Part shown: piece after piece, positions 60,123-64,000 of the stretch
Numbering within the stretch: position 1 is the stretch's first letter
Layout: every line of letters begins with the position of its first letter
From: Terriglobales bacterium
GTDB lineage: Bacteria > Acidobacteriota > Terriglobia > Terriglobales > Acidobacteriaceae
NCBI GenBank assembly: GCA_050746185.1
Contig: JBOGLA010000040.1
Span: 117,075-181,074 of the forward strand
Reading direction: 5' to 3'
Length of the DNA stretch: 64,000 nt
Notes under the pieces: model-generated
Seen by the model: only the letters and a program-made list of their open reading frames with translations
What the model was told of the DNA's origin: nothing
Databases searched by the model: none
Translations under genes and position numbers: made by a program

Positions 60123-61472
60123 CTACTGGAGCCTTTGGGAAAATCCGGGCATCATTTTGGCGATATCGTTATAGATCACGACGACGGTAAACAAGACGAG
60201 GAATACGAAGGCGACCTGATAGATTCGCTCTTTAATTTGCAGGCTGATGTCGCGGCCGATCAATGTTTCCACCAGCAGAAGAAGAATCACGCCGCCATCG
60301 AGAATGGGAATGGGCAGCAAGTTTAGTATTCCAAGGTTGAGACTAATTCCCGCCGTCAAGCCGAGCAACGGAGTCCAGCCCTTTTCCTGCGCCGCTTCGC
60401 CCGCATCCTGGGCAATTCCTATGGGACCGGAAAACGCCTTAATAGAAACCTTGCGCTGAACCAGTTTCTGCACCAACTGAAGAATCAGGACCGCGTAAGT
60501 CTTATTCTCCTGAAGCGACTTGTCGAAGGCCTGGGGGAACGGAAGCCTCTCCACTTTCGTCTCTGGCTTGTTCTGGAACCCGATGCGATAGCGTTCCTGG
60601 CTTGGATCTTCGGTATTCGCCAAAACGGGTTGGACGCGGAACTTCAGCGTCTGACCGTCGCGCAGCGCCGTCAGTTCCACCGGCTTGTTCTTCGATTGCT
60701 GCATGCCCTCGATCATGGCCTCGATAGAGGGTACCGGCTTCCCGTCCATGGCAATAATTTTGTCGCCCTCTTTGATTCCGGCTTTCGCGGCGGGCATGCC
60801 GGATTCGAGATTGCCCACAATTACCGGCTCATCTGGATACCATCCCGCCGATCCATATCCATCGTGCGCTGTTTCGAGTTCCGGCGTGATCGTCTTGTCG
60901 AATGTCTGATTGCCTCGCTGGATGGTGATACTCAGAGGCTGATTCGGATTGAGCATTTCCTTGAAAGAAACCTGCTCCCAGGTCGGATTGACGACGCCAT
61001 CAATGCGGGCAATTCTATCGCCGGGCAGGATGCCGATCTTGGCCGCCGGCGAATCAGGCTTTACAGATGAGACGACCGCAGGCTTATCCAGATAAACCTG
61101 CTTCTCAAAGTGCACCATATAGACGACCGTAAGCAGCCCGATGGCAAACAGGACGTTCATGGCCGGCCCGGCAATTGCAATGATGAAGCGATGCCAGCGG
61201 GGATGCGAGAGAAATTCCCCAGGATCGCCGCTACGCGCATCCATTGGGTTCTCGCCGCTCATCTTCACGTACCCCCCGAGAGGCAGCGCGTTGATGCGGT
61301 ACTCCGTGTCGCCCTTGCGGAACCCGACGAGCCGCTTTCCAAACCCGATTGCGAACTGCTCCACGCGAACGCCAAACAATTTGGCCATGGCGTAATGGCC
61401 AAATTCATGAATCAGGATCATGAAGCCGAGGATGGCTACAAAAGCGATTGCCGCAATAAGAAACTGAGCCAT
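60123..61472 (-). CDS. rseP: RIP metalloprotease RseP (site-2 protease with PDZ domains)
   Basis: 449-aa ORF. HEFGH zinc motif in TM1 and two PDZ domains. The conserved second zinc-binding motif sits in the C-terminal TM helices. Confidence 0.9.
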   Translation of the reverse strand: MAQFLIAAIAFVAILGFMILIHEFGHYAMAKLFGVRVEQFAIGFGKRLVGFRKGDTEYRINALPLGGYVKMSGENPMDARSGDPGEFLSHPRWHRFIIAIAGPAMNVLFAIGLLTVVYMVHFEKQVYLDKPAVVSSVKPDSPAAKIGILPGDRIARIDGVVNPTWEQVSFKEMLNPNQPLSITIQRGNQTFDKTITPELETAHDGYGSAGWYPDEPVIVGNLESGMPAAKAGIKEGDKIIAMDGKPVPSIEAMIEGMQQSKNKPVELTALRDGQTLKFRVQPVLANTEDPSQERYRIGFQNKPETKVERLPFPQAFDKSLQENKTYAVLILQLVQKLVQRKVSIKAFSGPIGIAQDAGEAAQEKGWTPLLGLTAGISLNLGILNLLPIPILDGGVILLLLVETLIGRDISLQIKERIYQVAFVFLVLFTVVVIYNDIAKMMPGFSQRLQ

Positions 61473-61482
61473 GATTTAAGTA

Positions 61483-62685
61483 TTATTCCCTTCGCAAGGC
61501 CGATGAAACTGACGCGAATCCGCGCCCTGAATCCCTTACTTTACCCTGCGCCACCCGACGGGCGCCAGCATCTGCTTTCAACACATCTACTATAGATTCA
61601 ATTTTCCCTGTGGGCGTTTCAGAAAGCACTTCTTCTATGACTAAAGGAATCTCGTGGAAGCCGATGTGACCATCCAGAAACGCGGAAACGGCAATCTCGT
61701 CGGCGGCGTTGAGTGCAATAGTTTTCGCACCTCCAGCCTCCGCTGCTACATACGCAAGCCGCAGACAGGGGAATTTTTCCAGGTCCGGCGGTGAGAAGTC
61801 GAGGTGCCGCAAGTTCATGAGCGGAAAGCGCATATCGGACGGAAGCCTCTCCGGATAACTAAGCGCGTAAAGGATGGGGAGCCGCATATCCGTCACTGAG
61901 AACTGAGCAAGTATGCTGCCATCCACGAACTCGACCATGCTGTGAATTGTGGACTGTGGATGCACGATCACTTTGATTCGGCTTGGCGGCAGATTGAACA
62001 GACGGCACGCCTCAATCACCTCAAAACCTTTATTCATCAGCGTGGCAGAATCAATGGTTATGCGGCGTCCCATTTTCCACGTGGGATGATTCAGGGCCTC
62101 TTCGACGGTAATGGACGAGAAGCGGGATGCGGGAGTGTTCAAGAACGGTCCGCCCGAAGCGGTGAGCCAGATAGTTTTGACTTCTTCCCTCCGACCCGCG
62201 CGCAGGCATTGGTGGATTGCGTTATGCTCGCTGTCAATCGGCAGCAGCGGTTTGCCCTGGCGGCGCGCTTCGGCCGTGATCAGTTCTCCGGCGGCCACCA
62301 TGCATTCTTTGTTGGCCAGTCCAACGGTCCTGCCGGCTCGGACTGCTTCGTAGGTAGCCTCCAATCCGGCAACTCCGACGATTGCGCTGACCACGAAATC
62401 AACTTCAGGGTGAGTGGAGACTCGCACCGTGCCAGGAGAACCGGAAACCACTTCTATATGACCATTGCTAGCCGCTCTTAAACGAGAACGCAGGATTTCG
62501 GCATCGGATTCGGAGGCAACCGACATCAGGCGCGGCTTCCAGCCCACGGCCTGCTCAAATGCCGCGTCCAGATTCTTGCCTGCGGCCAAAGAGACAATCT
62601 GGAAGCGATCAGGATGCGATTCGACAACGCTGAGCGTGCTCCGCCCAATCGAGCCGGTCGAACCCAGTATGGCAATGCGTTTCAT
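61483..62685 (-). CDS. dxr: 1-deoxy-D-xylulose-5-phosphate reductoisomerase
   Basis: Start set at MKRIAILGSTGSIGRSTL (ATG 62685-62683). The NADPH-binding GSTGSIG motif and the Dxr catalytic and C-terminal domains are present. The raw ORF carries a 35-aa upstream extension. Confidence 0.9.
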   Translation of the reverse strand: MKRIAILGSTGSIGRSTLSVVESHPDRFQIVSLAAGKNLDAAFEQAVGWKPRLMSVASESDAEILRSRLRAASNGHIEVVSGSPGTVRVSTHPEVDFVVSAIVGVAGLEATYEAVRAGRTVGLANKECMVAAGELITAEARRQGKPLLPIDSEHNAIHQCLRAGRREEVKTIWLTASGGPFLNTPASRFSSITVEEALNHPTWKMGRRITIDSATLMNKGFEVIEACRLFNLPPSRIKVIVHPQSTIHSMVEFVDGSILAQFSVTDMRLPILYALSYPERLPSDMRFPLMNLRHLDFSPPDLEKFPCLRLAYVAAEAGGAKTIALNAADEIAVSAFLDGHIGFHEIPLVIEEVLSETPTGKIESIVDVLKADAGARRVAQGKVRDSGRGFASVSSALRRE

Positions 62686-62951
62686 GGGGTGTAGGTATGG
62701 TACTAGAATCGCGGTGTGTTCCGTGCCGTCCATAGGATGCTGAATGCTGTTTAGCTTCCTGAGCAGCGAATCGCTGCTGCGGCAAGGCATGCCTCCGTAG
62801 CGCTGGATATTACACTCCTGACAGGAGCAACGCCCTCAATGGCGATAACTTTTTCGGATGGCGCGTGGGATCAAGTATGACGTGAGACAATTCAGCGATG
62901 CAGCCGATGTGAACCAGAGGAGGAATGACGGGAATCAGCGCCGAACCGGCA

Positions 62952-63194
62952 TCAAGACTTCGCGGGAAGAACGGCGTCTGCCGGCGCTTCAACTGTCACT
63001 TCTACCTTTGCCCCCTGTTTTAAGGATACAGGCTTACCGTTGCTGTCGGTAAGCTCATTGTCAATGCGGATCTCTCGATACAAGTGTTCATCGGTGTCAA
63101 GGGTGATCTCAGCTTTCTCCGGTTCCTGCGGGTCAGTGGACGGAATGATCTTTTCAACGGTGCCGGGCAGGGTTGTGCTCGCGTTTTCGCTCAT
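62952..63194 (-). CDS. hypothetical small acidic protein (80 aa)
   Basis: ORF-level only. Hydrophilic, with no motif recognised. Confidence 0.3.
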   Translation of the reverse strand: MSENASTTLPGTVEKIIPSTDPQEPEKAEITLDTDEHLYREIRIDNELTDSNGKPVSLKQGAKVEVTVEAPADAVLPAKS

Positions 63195-63427
63195 AGCTTC
63201 TCCCTTTAATCAAAATTCTAGCTGGACCTTACCCTGAATACAACGTTGTCAGTATTGATTTCGCCAGGCGCGACGTTACTCTGAATGCAAGACCTGCTAC
63301 ACGCCCGAAACCGGTCGCAATGGAGCAGTAATCCCGGAAGTTACAATCAAAAGCTATTTTAAAGACGAGATAAGAGGATCGTACTCATAAAATTTCCCCT
63401 CGTTCAAATGCTTTCGAGGAGTATCTG

Positions 63428-63617
63428 ATGCAAACTAGACTTAGCCCCGCCCATCCAGAGTATGGCAAACTCAGTCTCACGCAAATTGAAGACGAATTCG
63501 CGCACGCGCATACGAGATTTATGAGGAACGCGGCGGTGGAGACGGCAAGGCGCTGGACGATTGGCTGGAGGGAAAGGCCGAAGTGCTGGGCATTGCCAAG
63601 AATCCCAAGGATGCATA
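63428..63617 (+). pseudogene. DUF2934-like small protein gene with -1 frameshift
   Basis: ATG 63428 follows a GAGGAG RBS. The frame MQTRLSPAHPEYGKLSLTQIEDE then needs a -1 shift to continue as IRARAYEIYEERGGGDGKALDDWLEGKAEVLG...*. This matches the RAYEIW..RG....DLDDWL.AE motif of DUF2934 proteins. Confidence 0.45.
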
Positions 63618-63660
63618 GAACTGCATGACGTTCCTAGGACCCTGACCCGGGAGACGCCAC

Positions 63661-64000
63661 CTACTGCATCACCCGCCAGGCCGCATAGCACCACAGCACC
63701 GGCGCGGCGAAGAGCAGCGCATCTATGCGGTCGAGCATGCCTCCGTGCCCGGGAAGGATTGTTCCTGAATCTTTCACTCCGGCGCCGCGTTTAATCAGAG
63801 ATTCCACAAGGTCTCCGAGCTGCGCGGCGATGTTGATCGCGGCGGAGAGCAAAATAATCGGCCACAATTCCGCCTTTTGCAGTGCGAACAATCCATCCCG
63901 TCGCTCGATCAGATGGGCATTCAGCATTGTGGTGCTGATTCGGAGAGCGTAGTTGTAAAGAAGCGCTCCCACCAGCACGCTGGCGGCGAGAGATGCGGCA
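63661..64000 (-). CDS. cdsA: phosphatidate cytidylyltransferase, C-terminal part (gene continues beyond the right window edge)
   Basis: The C-terminal CTP-transferase signature is SLIKRGAGVKDSGTILPGHGGMLDRIDALLFAAP. The gene order cdsA-dxr-rseP is conserved. Confidence 0.7.
   Translation of the reverse strand, partial: AASLAASVLVGALLYNYALRISTTMLNAHLIERRDGLFALQKAELWPIILLSAAINIAAQLGDLVESLIKRGAGVKDSGTILPGHGGMLDRIDALLFAAPVLWCYAAWRVMQ

Overview
This is a GC-rich bacterial chromosomal segment, about 58-62% GC with several lower-GC islets. The gene content (CarbopepD_reg-type TonB receptor, TAT-exported Gfo/Idh/MocA oxidoreductase, duplicated heavy-metal RND pumps, sigma-54 activator) suggests Acidobacteriota, but that is inference only. 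Genes in window order:

- **1-8074**: scoA/scoB CoA-transferase, then a minus-strand aromatic amino-acid block tyrA, DAHP synthase, chorismate mutase, trpA, trpB, trpF, trpC. The trpB-trpA junction is interrupted by a BrnT/BrnA toxin-antitoxin pair plus a hypothetical ORF.
- **8223-13250**: DinB-like protein, a secreted gluzincin-like protein, rlmB, a Met-rich secreted protein, and a LytTR response regulator.
- **13299-14901**: a lower-GC islet with a gamma-class amino-methyltransferase convergent with a GIY-YIG (Eco29kI-like) restriction endonuclease.
- **15107-18341**: a small CxxC membrane protein and a TonB-dependent receptor.
- **19105-24679**: heavy-metal RND operon 1 (czcCBA-like).
- **24698-29081**: Crp/Fnr regulator, GAF-GAF sigma-54 activator, and trmJ.
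- **29173-33438**: an XRE regulator-NfeD-membrane protein-flotillin-PspA cluster.
- **33663-35432**: a lower-GC islet with a 370-aa nuclease-like protein tightly linked to a Vsr endonuclease, with no m5C methyltransferase in sight.
- **36032-38306**: two paralogous receiver-only response regulators flanking a TAT oxidoreductase.
- **38699-42002**: sdhCAB.
- **42275-45077**: three translationally coupled small membrane proteins and a PilZ/coiled-coil protein.
- **45273-52865**: a Cys/His-rich small secreted protein, RND operon 2 (cus-like, Met-rich adaptor), and a tandem-repeat LTXXQ-like periplasmic protein.
- **53142-56889**: a lipoprotein, rmuC, a CAP-domain protein and a DUF72 protein.
- **57214-57795**: a REP-flanked RAYT transposase pseudogene whose in-frame TAG falls at the catalytic-Tyr position.
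- **57792-64000**: the MEP-pathway neighbourhood ispG, rseP, dxr and partial cdsA. Within it lie a low-GC lipoprotein split at a T6 homopolymer and a frameshifted DUF2934-like small gene.

No rRNA, tRNA or CRISPR array was recognised.
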